Of a stretch of 64,000 nucleotides of DNA, positions 18,182 to 32,299 are shown one piece after another. A model generated the notes under the pieces. It ran no database searches. It saw only the letters and a program-made list of their open reading frames with translations, and was not told where the DNA came from. Source of the stretch: Octopus vulgaris (Eukaryota); NCBI GenBank assembly GCA_951406725.2, contig OX597821.1:61504001-61568000 (forward strand). The letters run 5' to 3'. How positions within the stretch are numbered: position 1 is the first letter of the stretch; each line of letters starts with the position of its first letter. Position numbers and translations under genes: made by a program.

Positions 18182-19561
18182 ATATATATATATATATACA
18201 TGTACATGCATATATATATACACACACATACACATACAACATATATACGTATATATATTTATGTATATATATATATTTATATATCTATATATATATATAT
18301 ATATATGTCCTCCGAGGCACAAGTCCGGGTAAGGCTATTTATGGAAGATCAGTAGTCGCCTATCCATAGCAGCTTTCCTCTCCACGTCAACGATTTTATT
18401 CAAGGGAAAGACAAAGCCCAATCGAACTCACTACCTCATCATTGTGAGCTCGACCCTCTCTTTCTCTCTCTCTCTTTTTAAATATATATATATTTGCATA
18501 CATACATGCATATATATATTCTCCATTATCACTCGTACTTGAGTTCCTTCTATCTCTTTCCCTCTGTCCTGTTTATATATTTTGGAGCATGCGCAAGGAT
18601 TTGTGTCTGAATATTGGAAATGCTGAGGCCTCGTTGCCAGTAACTAGTTTCTCCGGTAGGATCTTTGTTGAATATAATTTGCGCTTGATCAAATTCTTCC
18701 CACAGATTTGACGATATTGCAAAATTATATGAATTCCATCAAAATGGACATACTGTTTCATGAATGATATTTGCTTCTAGATAAAAATAATAGTATCTTG
18801 TTTTAGTTTGGAATAGGGTGGAATATTTCAAAACGCAGCCGGTAAATAAAATCTAGATAAGCAATATGTCAAATACCCTGTTGCTTTTCCCGAACAGACG
18901 TCTTTATGTTATGTCAATGGGTAAATGTTTGGAAGAGTAACATTGGAGTCTGAAGTATATTAGATTATTTGGGCGCGTGTGTATCAGCTATTTATGGCTG
19001 TTTCTGCTTATGAGATATTATACGATTGTATTTATCACACAAAATACTCGCAATACCAAGATAATCGCACGCAGAAATAACTTAGAATATTCACACATAT
19101 TCACTATGAAAAGTGCAAATCTAACGCGGTAGACCGTTGTAAACTACTCCCAGAGCAGCTGACGTTAAACAGTATGCAGTTGGGTTTAATGATGGAAGTT
19201 AATGTAAATTCTGGAAATAAAGTGCAAATCACTTGAGACCATTTCTTATAACACTTGCATCTCTTTCTCATGAAAATCCCATATGATGATTAAATTTCTT
19301 CCACTTGTAGATGAGGAAATCAACACATTCGAATTTGAAAGGGAATTTGCGATAAATAGTGAGGCAAAGTTTGAGCTTTAATCGCAAACTTGTAACATCT
19401 TCAAGTGATAATATTGAAAGTTTGTGATCAATTTATTTAAATGCAGACACACACACAAACGCACGAACGCTTACACTCACATATATGCATATGTATATAA
19501 GTTTATATACTTATTCATACATGCATATATAAATGTACATATATAGATATGCATATATACC

Positions 19562-19596
<35 letters not shown>

Positions 19597-19614
19597 TGAG
19601 AGAGATGTGCATAT

Positions 19615-19653
<39 letters not shown>

Positions 19654-19684
19654 TATATACATATATACATACATAAATACATAC

Positions 19685-19756
<72 letters not shown>

Positions 19757-21117
19757 GTATAAATGTACATATATAATATAAATATATATATATATACAGA
19801 TACACACACAGATATGTACCTATATCCTCATATTTTTGCTCCTATGTATCAAAAACTAGCCCGACATTAACATTCATATTGGTTGAAATAAACTGCAATG
19901 AATATTGTGGTACTTCTCGTTCTTTCTTAATGTTTCGGTGGACCACCCCTGCAACAGAAAACAATCGTATGTATGGGTTGAATTGAATTAATTCAATATG
20001 GTCCATGACATTTTCTTCAACAGACGAAGCCTCGATTAATTTTCATATGGAGAACCTTGCTTTCCTTACTGTTTCTATGTATATCATATATGCATAGTTC
20101 ATAAATACCCTGCCTCTAATATATGCAACTGTGCATGTATAAGTTAGGCAATCTCCGGGTTAATGTGTTACACAGATATTGAAAGCTTAGATTTCTGCCA
20201 TACCTGTATAACATCCAAAACGTGTTTAAACCATCATTTCAAAAAGCACACGTATACGCTACCGTAGATTGCTGCACAGTTATAGGGGAAGGTGTAACGC
20301 TTACAACCACGAGCATGTGGGAATCTATCCAAAATTTTGCAAAGGTAAAACTGAATTCTCCAACACAGCTATCAGTTACCTCTCTATTACATCTTACTTG
20401 GCTACCATTGACATAACTGTGTCTGGTTTAATCAACAGCAACCTATGTACCACATTGAATTAACTCAATTCAACCCATACATACGATTGTTTTCTGTTGC
20501 AGACAAGCTACTTACTTCACCACATAGCATTTTCTATTCATTTATATATCTATTTATATATCTAACTCCGTAACAACATCATTGTTAAAACTGAGAAATA
20601 TATTAAGTTTATTAGTGCAGAAGAACTAGAAAGACGGATCGAAACTCCTAAAACTGTATCGTTACACGTAAAAATTCACCCTAAAACCAGTATATCAGCA
20701 TGAAGAGCCACTATAAATTCATAGAAACATATCACTCGAAGTATATTTCACTCAGTCTTAAATTCAAATATTGAGTACGTAGTTGAAGTACATCTATCGA
20801 CTTTTGATGTGTATACATTTAGTGCTGAATCTCTTGGCATCCAATTCAGTTCTGGAAGAAGAATAAAGAAACAAAACCCCAACAAAATCTTCATACATTT
20901 TACTTAGAAATCCGTAATCACAGGGAGATTATTACTTTGCAAATGATCGATAGGACTCTGAATCATGAATAAATATCGTACCCCCAAAGATTTATTAATA
21001 ATGGATTCTAGAATGGTTCGATACACAATTTTCCTCTTTGATCGTTATTTTTTATGCATTTCCCTACATACTATTGGGAAGGATTGCAAGCGTTTTAATA
21101 AAAATTCGTCGCTGCCT

Positions 21118-21153
<36 letters not shown>

Positions 21154-21310
21154 CATACATACGTACATACATACACACATATGTGTGTATATATATGTAT
21201 ATATATACACACACATACATACCATATATTATATATATGTATAAATGTATATGATTATATATACACATATATGTATATATATATATATACACACACATAT
21301 ATATATATGT

Positions 21311-21396
<86 letters not shown>

Positions 21397-21744
21397 CACA
21401 CACACACACTATATATATGTATATATACATATATCCACATATGTAAGCTTCTATATTTACGTGATTGTGTGTTTGTGCATGTGAATGCATTTGCATAAGA
21501 ATATGCAAAGGGAGTGACACACTTGAAAGAGCTAAACTATTTATGCAGCGTTATTATACAGCAAAAGTCTAGTTGTTTTTTTTCTTTTCAATTTTTTTGT
21601 AAGCTTGAGAGAAATATTTGCAGTTTGATAGTTATAGGAAAAAATAGTTGGCTTCACAACCCCTTCCATATTTATAACCAATTATGGAAACGAATTAGAA
21701 ACCCATATATATGTATATATATATATATGTAGATACATACACAG

Positions 21745-21805
<61 letters not shown>

Positions 21806-23135
21806 TATATACGTATACATATATAGGTATGTATATATGCGTGTGTATATATATGTATATATAGATATATATATGTATAAATATACATGTACATATATAT
21901 GGATGTGTACGTGTCTGCATGTCTGTATACGTGTGCATGTATGCATTCAGGTAACTGCTACGAGTAGATATCCGAGTGATGTTTTTTTTTATGCACTATT
22001 CGCTTCAAGTATATTCTGAAACTCACTTAGGATTGCGAAGCTTGACAGTTAGAAAAGAGTTTTCTAAATTGCTTCTTGTTATCGGCTCTTCCTTGTCTCC
22101 ATAGTACAAATATGGAAATTTTGAAAAGCATCCCACTGATAGGCAAATAGGAATCGGAGCTCGGGAACAACTCATCACATCTAATAACAGCACGTCTGTG
22201 AGGATAGCAATGGTTACAATGCGTTGTATGGTTCTTTCAGATCCTTATATTGACTTTAAAGCAAAGGGATTGGGTTACAGAATATTCAATGTTCTTATAA
22301 AAAAATAAATAAACATTGACAGAAAATATCTCGTGATGTCCTACTGTATAAACACGATTTTCTCTTTAGTAAGCGAAATAGTTTAAATCGAAATATGCGA
22401 CAGTAGAGGCTACTACACCATATATATTAAAAATAGTATGTATATTCTTAATTCCTGAAATTATCCCTGCAGTAAAGATGCAATATCACACCCGACTGAG
22501 ATATGACTTAAAATTTTAAAACATTCTATACATTTTGTATATCTTTCTATAAATTTGAATTTATTCATTTCAGTGCAGTTATCTTTCTTGGTTTGAAGCA
22601 TTGAACCTTTCTTCGGTTATACTCACTAAATCAAAGAATTTGAATATCCTAGTATTCGTAGGTGACAAGCAACGATAGGGATGTCAAACTCTTTCGCCTT
22701 TGCCGGAATATGTGAAACATAAGCTAGATTTTCCACGCCGGCTGTACAGAAATAATTATTAATAAAAATATTATTCCTAATGTATGTCAATTAAAACGGC
22801 TAATTTTCTTCTGTTCTACGCAAATGAACCTATAGTCAGAAGCATTCTAATAGCATCTTTTAATAAATAACTCGGCTAGAAGAATACTATATTTCGACGT
22901 TATCTCACATGAAATCATTTCCATAGAGTTATCGCACTTACACCAATGACCATAGAACAAAAAACAGGTGTTGTTTCTTCCTCAAGTCACACCTGACTGT
23001 TTAAAAGAAAGAAACACAGAAAATGTTTATTATATTATATTGTTGCAAAAGAGGTGCCGAATTCAGTTATAGAATATGGAAGCATTTAGAGCATTAAAAG
23101 TAAATGACACGTAGAGTAATAACCCTCAACACATC

Positions 23136-23186
<51 letters not shown>

Positions 23187-24029
23187 ATAGAGACACTCTC
23201 GAAAAGGGCACCCATCACAAATATGCTGCATTAGAGAGTCAAACTTCAAGATTAGTATAAGCTACTTAGCACCAAATGTAGATAATCCAAGAAGTCAAAA
23301 AGAGGTAAATGTTATGGTTCAACCTACATTGTAGCATGAATGTAGCCCCTAACACTCACAATATCTAGTGGCATTCAGGAAAAAAAAGACATGCGCCATC
23401 CCTATCCAATATGATATGGACATTGAATGAAGGAACCCCCAGATAACATCGACAATTATCGTTAAAGCCAAAATATACATGGTACGGAGTACCACATGTG
23501 AGCTTTATATTATTGCAAAGCTAAATATTATCCAATCAAAAGATAACATCGTAAATATTAGGGATGAAACCTTCTCTCCCTCAGTGCACAAACAATATTT
23601 TACACTCCAACATTTCAAAGAGGAACCACCACCCGCTCCAACAATCTTATAAGGAGAGGTTGTTTTTCCCTGAACGTGAACATTAAATATATACATCATG
23701 TGAACTTCACACACGGAAGACATATGATCCCCATGATGAACACCTTCAACACGAAAGCAAACGAATATTACACGTACGCATAATATAATATAAATATAAT
23801 ATAAGCAAACTCATCATCGGGGCATTTTTCCCAAAAGCTAAAGCGAAGGGAAATAATCCCACAAAATAAGTTATCTGAGAGTAACTCACCTTGATTTCTT
23901 GTTTTGTTTACGATACTTTATCGAAAATGACTGCGACTTTTGCCTTTTAATCTAGAATGAAGACGAACTCCATTCCCCCAATATTGTTAAGATATTAAAA
24001 TATTTTAAACACGAAAATCAATGGTAACC

Positions 24030-24867
24030 TTTGTGCGGGAATAAGAAAAGTCGTTTGACAAAGATTGACCTTGAACTTTGTTGTACATGTAAACCAAGTT
24101 TTAAAGTTCTACATCACTTCCGCTGATTATAGCATTGCTTAGAAGGAACTTATGTAGCGTGTGATCGTCGCATTGACGAAGACAGAGAAAGTTGTCATGG
24201 TGATACCTATTTAGAGGCCTGCGCAAAGATACAGAAAGTGCATGGAGAGGCGTGTATGAGCCACAAACATGCCTTCGAGTGGCTCAGACGTTTCCAAGAT
24301 AGCCGAAAAATATCGATATTGACGAACGTTCTGGGAGATCCGCAACCAGCAGAACTGAGATGTGTGTGCAGATGTGTGAGTGGAAATCGTCGACATTCGT
24401 GTGTTATCAGAGGATGTGCAGATTAGCTACGGTCGGTTCAATTCAGTTCATTATCAACGAAGTTTCTGTATTAGATATGCGACTGCTAAGTTTGTGCCAA
24501 AACTACTTTCTGATAACCAAAAAGACACTTGGGTTTCAGTTGCACAAAATCTCCTTGACAGTGTCGAGAATGATGAAAAGGTTTTGAAAATTTGGCAGCC
24601 TCTGAGCCGGCATCGCCAAGCTTTCTGCAAAATTTGATTCAGATTCTCTGCTCAACGTTCTCTACCATGCTCAATGCGACGATCACACACACTACACAAC
24701 TTGGTTTTAAACACAGCTGAAAACAGCGGAAGTGAGATAGAACGTTAAAACCTCGTGAACATACACAACAAAGTTCAAGATGAATCTGATCCAAGCGCTT
24801 TTGCTCTGCGTGCTTTAGCTTTGTTCCTATGGCACCAGTCCGGATATTTATTGATAAGACCATGTAT
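24030..24867 (+). mobile_element. Internally deleted mariner element with a duplicated, inverted 5' end
   Basis: MHGEACMSHKHAFEWLRRF (HTH) and IRVLSEDVQISYG...TAKFVPKLLSDNQK are mariner transposase N-terminal motifs. 24063-24190 is a diverged inverted copy of 24655-24787. The right end reverse-complements to TACATGGTCTTATCAATAAATATCCGGAC (mariner-like TIR with TA). Confidence 0.8.
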
Positions 24868-27800
24868 TGTACAATTATTAATTCAAATTTGCTGATATTA
24901 CATCAGTGTAGAAAAGTGCAAGAAACATTCTTATTCATATTCTGTAGTCTGTTTGCTTTTATATACTGTAAATAATTATGTGTTGCACTGCAATATCTAA
25001 AATATTTCTAATGTCTAAGTAATGCAAATAATCAACTAGAATAACTACGTAATCAACTAGAATACCTATGTAGGTTTACGACGTAGTTTACGTCAAAGAA
25101 AAAACATTTACTGGCGATTTAAGCGTATGTCTGCGAAATATGCGAGAAACTTTGTCTTTATTAATATACATTTATCAAAATTCCTCTTGTTAATATATAT
25201 ATATATATATTCAGTATATATACAGTAGTGTTTTGTTAATTATGTCAAAAGCTAGATAGACAATACTTTTGTGAAAATATATTTCATAATTTATCTCTTA
25301 TGTCCTCACAGGGTCATAGAGTGAAAACATCATAAATGATGGATTCCAGTAGCTTCAACATTTCTCTGTCATATTTCAAATTAATGTTCCTCTGATCTTG
25401 TAATAACACAATATATTGAAGTTTATTGATGTTCGTTATCTCATATATTAATAGAAATGGTACATTTAATAACATCTATTAGGATGCAAGTAATGGACAA
25501 GCATAGCAAACGAGTTGCTAGCAACACTGATGCAAGAGAGATATAATGCAACATACCTAAGTATTTCATCTTGTTTATGACATAATTTTAAACAAAGAAT
25601 AGAATAAAGACAACACTGCTGTCAATAAGTGTTCGTTAACTGCTTTCATTTCAATGCACAAGCTATTTCATGTTAATTCTAAAGTGAATGTTCATGAGGA
25701 AAATATGAAATGTACTTGTGTACTCAGATGATTAGTTAGGAACTGACTTGATAATAAAAATGAATATACAATTATTTATAGGCTATTGTTTGTAATTAGT
25801 GAGCAGAGTTGACGTAATATATAAATAAGCTTCCTTTACACAATTTTTTGTACGATGTGACACGAACATTCTCTCCCCATATTGTTTAGAGTTCAGCATT
25901 CAAGAAGAACTTAAGTTATTTTAACATGAGTTTTCAGTTTACCACCAACAATTATCAATTTTTCTAATTGTCTTGATTTCTTTTTTGGTTTACCATCAGT
26001 GCTTATATGTTTACCACCAGTGCTTACCAGAAATAGATGCGTATGATATGGATGATACAGACGTATGATATTTGTCGATTTCAATGACAATACATATATA
26101 CCATTCTAAAGAAGAATAGCAATGTAGAAGTTGAACAATTACGAGCTGAGCTGAAGATGCTGAAGTGTTTCGTATGGACTTTTCTTTAAAAGACTGACAA
26201 GCAATAGATGACAAATATATTTTTGACAGATACTCTCCCATACATGATGGATTACTGATGAATGAAAAATGAAGACAGGAAATAAAACAGTTCCTGGCAA
26301 TTGAGAAATAAAACATTTTCTATCAATTAGCGCATAGATTTGGTACATGTTGCGCATTCTGAATGTGTAGAAACTAAGTGTGATAAATTAATAGCTTGCT
26401 AATGATGCCATCTACTGTATATCCGATGCTAGAAAACAGGATGATGAAATTCAATGTCATTGTGACAATCAGAACACAACATACTGTCATTGCATAGATT
26501 TATATCTCTCTGAGCAATCGCCCATTGTACCGAACTTGTTATAAGTCCCTATGAATACAAGGTTGTGAAGACGTACAATGAAAGGATTAGACTTGTTCCT
26601 TGTATATGTATGTGTAATGAATTTCGATTAAAAGTAGCACGAAGCCGTACATAAATTTTATATTCGTATGTTCCAGTGACTGATTTATCGGCTGATGTGT
26701 GTCTATTGAGTGTTCTTCTTAGGTTACAGAGCAACCATTGAAATGTTGGTAGAGACAAGAAACGTTTTACTCGTGTTTATATTGTCGACGCAGGTTCACC
26801 AAGTCAGATTAGGCTGGAAATGTTGAGGTTTACCTAAACGTTTGTCACGAGCGGAATGCAGTAAATATCTAAGCCAAGATGGAAGGCTCTACGTTTTTCA
26901 AAGCAAAGATATAGGATAATCGTCAGTGAGTGGCTAGCGGTTAGATTAATGACGGCGATACGCTGAAAAGAAGCCCTGAATAATAATGGAAATGAACTAG
27001 ATACTCTAAAAAGTAAGACGATATGGTAGTTGCTGTAGAAATGCCTTTAAACGACGAAGCACTACTGTCATTAGAAGGGTTCTCATTGATCTTCATGCTG
27101 CTTTTCAAGTGACTCGCTTTCAGGAGATATCTTGGAATCCAATGCAATGTGAATATTGGTAAAGCGCTCTTCGATCATGAAGGTTATTGGCCTGAGAATA
27201 TTAAGCCTGTGTAACTGATGTGAGCATATATAAACCCATGCTGAAGATATAATTTCCTATATTTACATTGTTGTATTGGTCATACTTTAAGAATATCATA
27301 CTAACAAAAATATAGAAGAAGGGAGATGCACGGTTAAAAAATTGTTTAGGACACAATATGTGAGCGACAAAATCTACGCAGAGGTATAGCATTGTTGGGC
27401 TGTTTTCTATAAAGATGCTACTATAATGATGCTACCGTTGATGGTATGATAATATAGTTGTAAACTTATAATCATCGAGAAAAGCGAACACACATGCTAC
27501 ACATTGCTGTTCTGGCGTAGAAATTGTAGTGGCTAAAGAGAATGATGGAGACATATTATATGTGCTACCAAGGTTTAAGATAACACCGTTGACTCTAATT
27601 TACTCTAAGACTATTTGTTTTCAAATTGTAAATGATAAATGTCTATTAATATTTCAGTTATTAAAGTATATCGATTACTATGTAAACTCATAAATTATTC
27701 ATCGGTTAACTTATTTATATATTATTCATACGGAAAAGTATCAGTGATGTATAAGTATACACAATATTTCTCGGAGAATAAAATTAATTTTACTTTCTTT

Positions 27801-28647
27801 ACCTGAATTTAATGCATGACTGTATGTAGGATGTATTTGTCTCACAATATTTCTGAGGGTTGTTGTCATGCGGAGGAGTATTTGTATACTTTTGGCTGTA
27901 CAAATATTACATTATTGCTACTATATATATAATGATATGCCTTAGCTCAAGTCTTATAACATAGTTACAGTTTTGTTATGTCCTCTAGCGGATTTGAAAC
28001 ATTCGCTTTTATTGCGTAAGGCATAATTTAAAAGATTAAAAGTTATGCCTATATTGGTTATAACACCATATACGTTGTATTGCTATAGCCCTCTATAAAC
28101 ATTTCTTTAGAACTCCTAAGTTTATTCTTATTACTTTTCTGACTTAAGTTTTCTTACTGCCGTCGATATATCTTATAACTTTTAATTTTTAATTCAACTT
28201 CTTTCATCTTAAACTTTTAATTGATGTATCACTCTTTAATTATTTTGTACTTTTCACGTATATTTTTACCTCATGTATTTCTTATTTCTGTTCTAAATAA
28301 TACAGTGATATGTTTCTCGTCTTGGTGTATTTATTATGCTACATGTATTTACTATTTTGATGTGAATCATAACTATAGGATGATTATCTAAATTTTGTCT
28401 CTTCTTAAACCAAGTTATACCATACATATATATATATAGTGAGAATTTTCAAAAGTACAAAAAAAAAAAAAAGTCGAAGACACAGGCTAATGATAGAAAT
28501 TCGCAATAGTTGATTCAGCAGCATATTTTTATTTCTTTGGTGAGATGGATTATACTGAGGATGCATGCAGAGAAGTCGAACGACTATTCAGCAAAAAAGA
28601 ATGCTGCTGAAACAGTTGTTATGAATATTTAAAACCCACTTTTGTTG

Positions 28648-28695
<48 letters not shown>

Positions 28696-29562
28696 TGTGT
28701 GAAAAATTGGTAACCGGGGCAAAATTAGTATTTGTTGATTTTAGAGATATTATTCCCTACCTGTTTGAAAATTACATCGTGAGTATTGTATTATTATTTT
28801 GTATTGTTGCATCATCTTTGGGAGTAAAAATTGGTCAGCATAGTTGTCGTTGTTGAAACGGTCAGAAACAGTCAGGTGCCTGTTTGCTGAAGAAATTCCT
28901 CGTGAATAGCTCGATCAAAATTGAGGTTGCTAATAAAATATCTGGATAATTTAAGGTGTTTGGCAATCAACTTTATTTTTTCAATTGGATTCAAATTTTC
29001 CAGATTAATGTCAGATTTGATAATTTCCAAGTTTCAAAATGTAATGTTCAAACTGTCACAAGATGTGTAATTTCAGTATTTTCGCTCCTCTCTTTAAACA
29101 ACATGGTGCATAAATACACCAGGAAGAGAGCCATCCCAAGAAATCTTTAAGAAGCTATAGAAAATACTTCATATTCAGTTTTTAGATTTAGTCGAGTTTC
29201 GTTAAGTTCATACTATGTGCCATTTTTTCATGAACCTATTTCGATTTCACCTAGATATTTCAAATCTTTGTTGCATTTCTGATCTTTCTGATGTCTATTT
29301 TGGATATTGGTGTGTATGAGTTTTTTCTCAAATGTAATTTTGGAGAATTGAAGAGACACATTTACTATATCTCGTCTTACTCATTCAGATTACATCATAG
29401 TGTAGCTATAGTCTTTGTAATGTAGCCTAGCATTGGCAAAAAAAGTATATTTTGACTCAATGAGATACAGTAAATCTTATTCATTATGCTCCTCGTAAAT
29501 ATATATATTTGTGTGTGTGTGTGTGTGTATTTTTTCCGTTGCTTTTGAACCTTCCTGTTTCC

Positions 29563-29599
29563 TGTTTCTGAAGAAGAGCTTTAATCGAAACGTAAAACA
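29563..29599 (+). ncRNA. Minimal type I hammerhead motif (degenerate stem II)
   Basis: TGTTT CTGAAGA agagctttaatc GAAACGTA AAACA. Stem I is TGTTT/AAACA and the core is intact. It lies in a fragment ending at (TA)n (29668). Confidence 0.6.
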
Positions 29600-29659
29600 C
29601 CCTTTCTTTCTTTCCCTGGGTGTCTTATTTATACTCTCGCGTTCTTTTCTCTCCGTCTG

Positions 29660-29767
<108 letters not shown>

Positions 29768-29799
29768 TATATGCCTGGTGTATTTAGAAGACCTTACCC

Positions 29800-29978
29800 A
29801 GTGTGTTCCCCTCTCTACATGCCGAATGCAGTGCCTACTGCTATCTATGCGTGTGAAACGTGGACAAGCACAGCTAGGGTCAAATTGGACGTCTTCCATA
29901 GGCGATCAATTCGTGTTATACTTGAAATATGGTGGAAGGATTACACCACCAATGAGGAGATCACGCTGGCTTTGTAAA
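29800..29978 (+). mobile_element. RTE-like LINE fragment
   Basis: [45 protein letters not shown] is the typical post-RT region of RTE LINEs. Confidence 0.75.
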
Positions 29979-29979
29979 T

Positions 29980-31330
29980 AAGCCCTGGCTTGTTCAAAGC
30001 CACCATAGAGAGGGGATCTGCCTGCTAAAAAGGACAGAAAGGACCAGAAGAAGATAGATAAGGCCAACTCATAGTATGACAACAAAACAAACCAGAGTAT
30101 CGTGTTCGTTGGTGATACCCCTGGCGGCGAACTAGCATACCGTTTTAGAAAAGTAATAGATAAGGCTAATCTGTGGGTTAAAGTAGTAGAAAGATCTGGA
30201 GCGCCCATAATATCCTAATCGGTAGCCCCTTAAAGCCCTTGATCCATGTACGGAGAACAACTGTATTGTATGTAGGATGAATCTGCAGGTTAAGTTTAAG
30301 GTTAGGAATATAGTGTGTAGATTTTATGTACTGAGGACGGCGCAGAAACAAGACAATTACTTAGAGAGATAGCACGCAGTATAGGTGAACATATGGGCGG
30401 ACACTGGCGTGAACTCAAAGTTCGGAGAGGCTTGTCAGTGATCTGCCAAGTAGTTCATAGAGGCACGGTCAATAATATAGGAGTTAAGGTATCATAAACG
30501 CATAATATTGACACGACTCTAAGATAAATCACCGAGGCTATTCACATTGTAATAGACAGACCGAGCCTCAACATAAAACATATATGGAACAATAACTCCC
30601 ACCACCACACTACGCAACATGACGACTAAAGACAGAAGTAATACTCACACATTGTAATACACACACAATGGACAAAGCCATGATGAATATCGGAAATAGA
30701 GATAAATAGGTAAATACAAAAAAACTCCATAGTAAGCGAATCCATATACAAACATACATACCTTAACTTCAAAAACTGCTGAAATATCAACAACGCGACC
30801 ATCAACGACAACAGCAACAACGGCAACACCCTCCAGACCACCACCATCACTACTACCACCACCAACAACAACAAACATAACAATAAAAACAACAAGAGCA
30901 GCAGTAGCAATAACAACAATAGGTACCACAATGGCGGCAACGTATGCGAACGCACAAACACAGAGGGATAGAGGAACGGTACCAAAAGTCGGAGTCAAGG
31001 TCAGCAACATCGGTTACGGGGGAAGGGGACAGTATGAAAGGACAGTTGTAGTGCTACTAAGAACCACAGAACACTCTCACGCAAACACATACACACACAC
31101 CCACAAACACACACAAAGACAGATGCAAAAGTAGGCGCATGTAAGGATACACATCATAGAAGAACAGAATCGAGAAAGCGGAGCGGGAGCACACAGGATG
31201 AGGGGAAAGTTTCAATGAAGACGTCACGCATGTGTGACGAACGATGTCATGAATAGTAATAAACCAGTGAAGAACAGTAATAAACCAGTGAAGAACGAAT
31301 ATATAGTGCGTGTGTTTATTTGGCGCAAAA
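29980..31330 (+). mobile_element. Degenerate Penelope-like element 3' part (Neptune/Poseidon-like linker, GIY-YIG and tail)
   Basis: SIVFVGDTPGGELAYRFRKVI...VKVVERSG, REIARSIGEHMGGH and R*ITEAIHIVIDRPSLN. A decayed HHR lies at 31211-31253 (TTCA ATGAAGA cGTCACgcatgtGTGAC GAAC gat GTC aTGAA). Confidence 0.7.
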
Positions 31331-31411
31331 AAATGACTATACCGAAATATTACGATATCGGTTTCAACACACGGTTTCACTTCAGGAGTCTTTCAACACA
31401 AATTCATAAAC

Positions 31412-31450
<39 letters not shown>

Positions 31451-31519
31451 GGTCCCGGGTAAATAAGGTAAATAAGGTACTCAATACATAGCAGAGTAAA
31501 TTAATTTATTTTATAGAAG

Positions 31520-31572
31520 GAGCTTCTACAGGTCTAGAACTGTTTCATTCAAATGAAATCATCAGGAAGCTC
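31520..31572 (-). ncRNA. Type I hammerhead ribozyme (minus-strand copy)
   Basis: Minus strand reads GAGCTTC CTGATGA tTTCatttGAAt GAAA CAG ttctagac CTG TA GAAGCTC. Confidence 0.85.
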
Positions 31573-31574
31573 AT

Positions 31575-31627
31575 GAGCTTCCTGATGATTTCATTTGAAT
31601 GAAACAGTTCTAGTCCTGTAGAAGCTC
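31575..31627 (+). ncRNA. Type I hammerhead ribozyme (plus-strand copy)
   Basis: GAGCTTC CTGATGA tTTCatttGAAt GAAA CAG ttctagtc CTG TA GAAGCTC: 7-bp stem I, canonical CUGAUGA and GAAA core, GUA cleavage triplet. Confidence 0.85.
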
Positions 31628-31638
31628 CTTCTATATAA

Positions 31639-31720
<82 letters not shown>

Positions 31721-31832
31721 ATATATATATATATATATAAAATATTATTAGAGACAAAACCACTATTTTGCAAAACAAACAAGGGAAGACTTAATCAATA
31801 CATAAAATTTTAATAAATAGTAAAAAAAACCG

Positions 31833-31875
31833 CCACTACAATCGTTTCTTGTCTTGATCGACAATATTCAGGTGG
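31833..31875 (-). ncRNA. Minimal hammerhead-like motif (G8U variant)
   Basis: Mirror of 40038-40080. Confidence 0.6.
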
Positions 31876-32299
31876 ACTTCAATCTAAAATATCAATATTT
31901 TAAAATATACAAATAATAATTTTAAAATAATTAAAGTATGAATGAAAAAATATAAATATATAATCCATATATAACCTATATATAATCCATATATAATCAA
32001 TATATAAACAATATATAAACTAAAATAAACCTATCAACAATTAAATATAAAATATAAAATATAAAACAAAACAAAAAAATAATAATAATATAATAATAAA
32101 CTATATATACACCCATACACATATACCTAATTATATATAACCATATCTAACTACATACACTAAACCACACACCTATATATATATCCCTATACATATACAT
32201 AAAAACGTCTAGGCAACTATAAATAAATAAAATAGCTAAATACTTCAACACAATACTTATTCATACTCCCACACACACACACATACAACCCACATTCAC

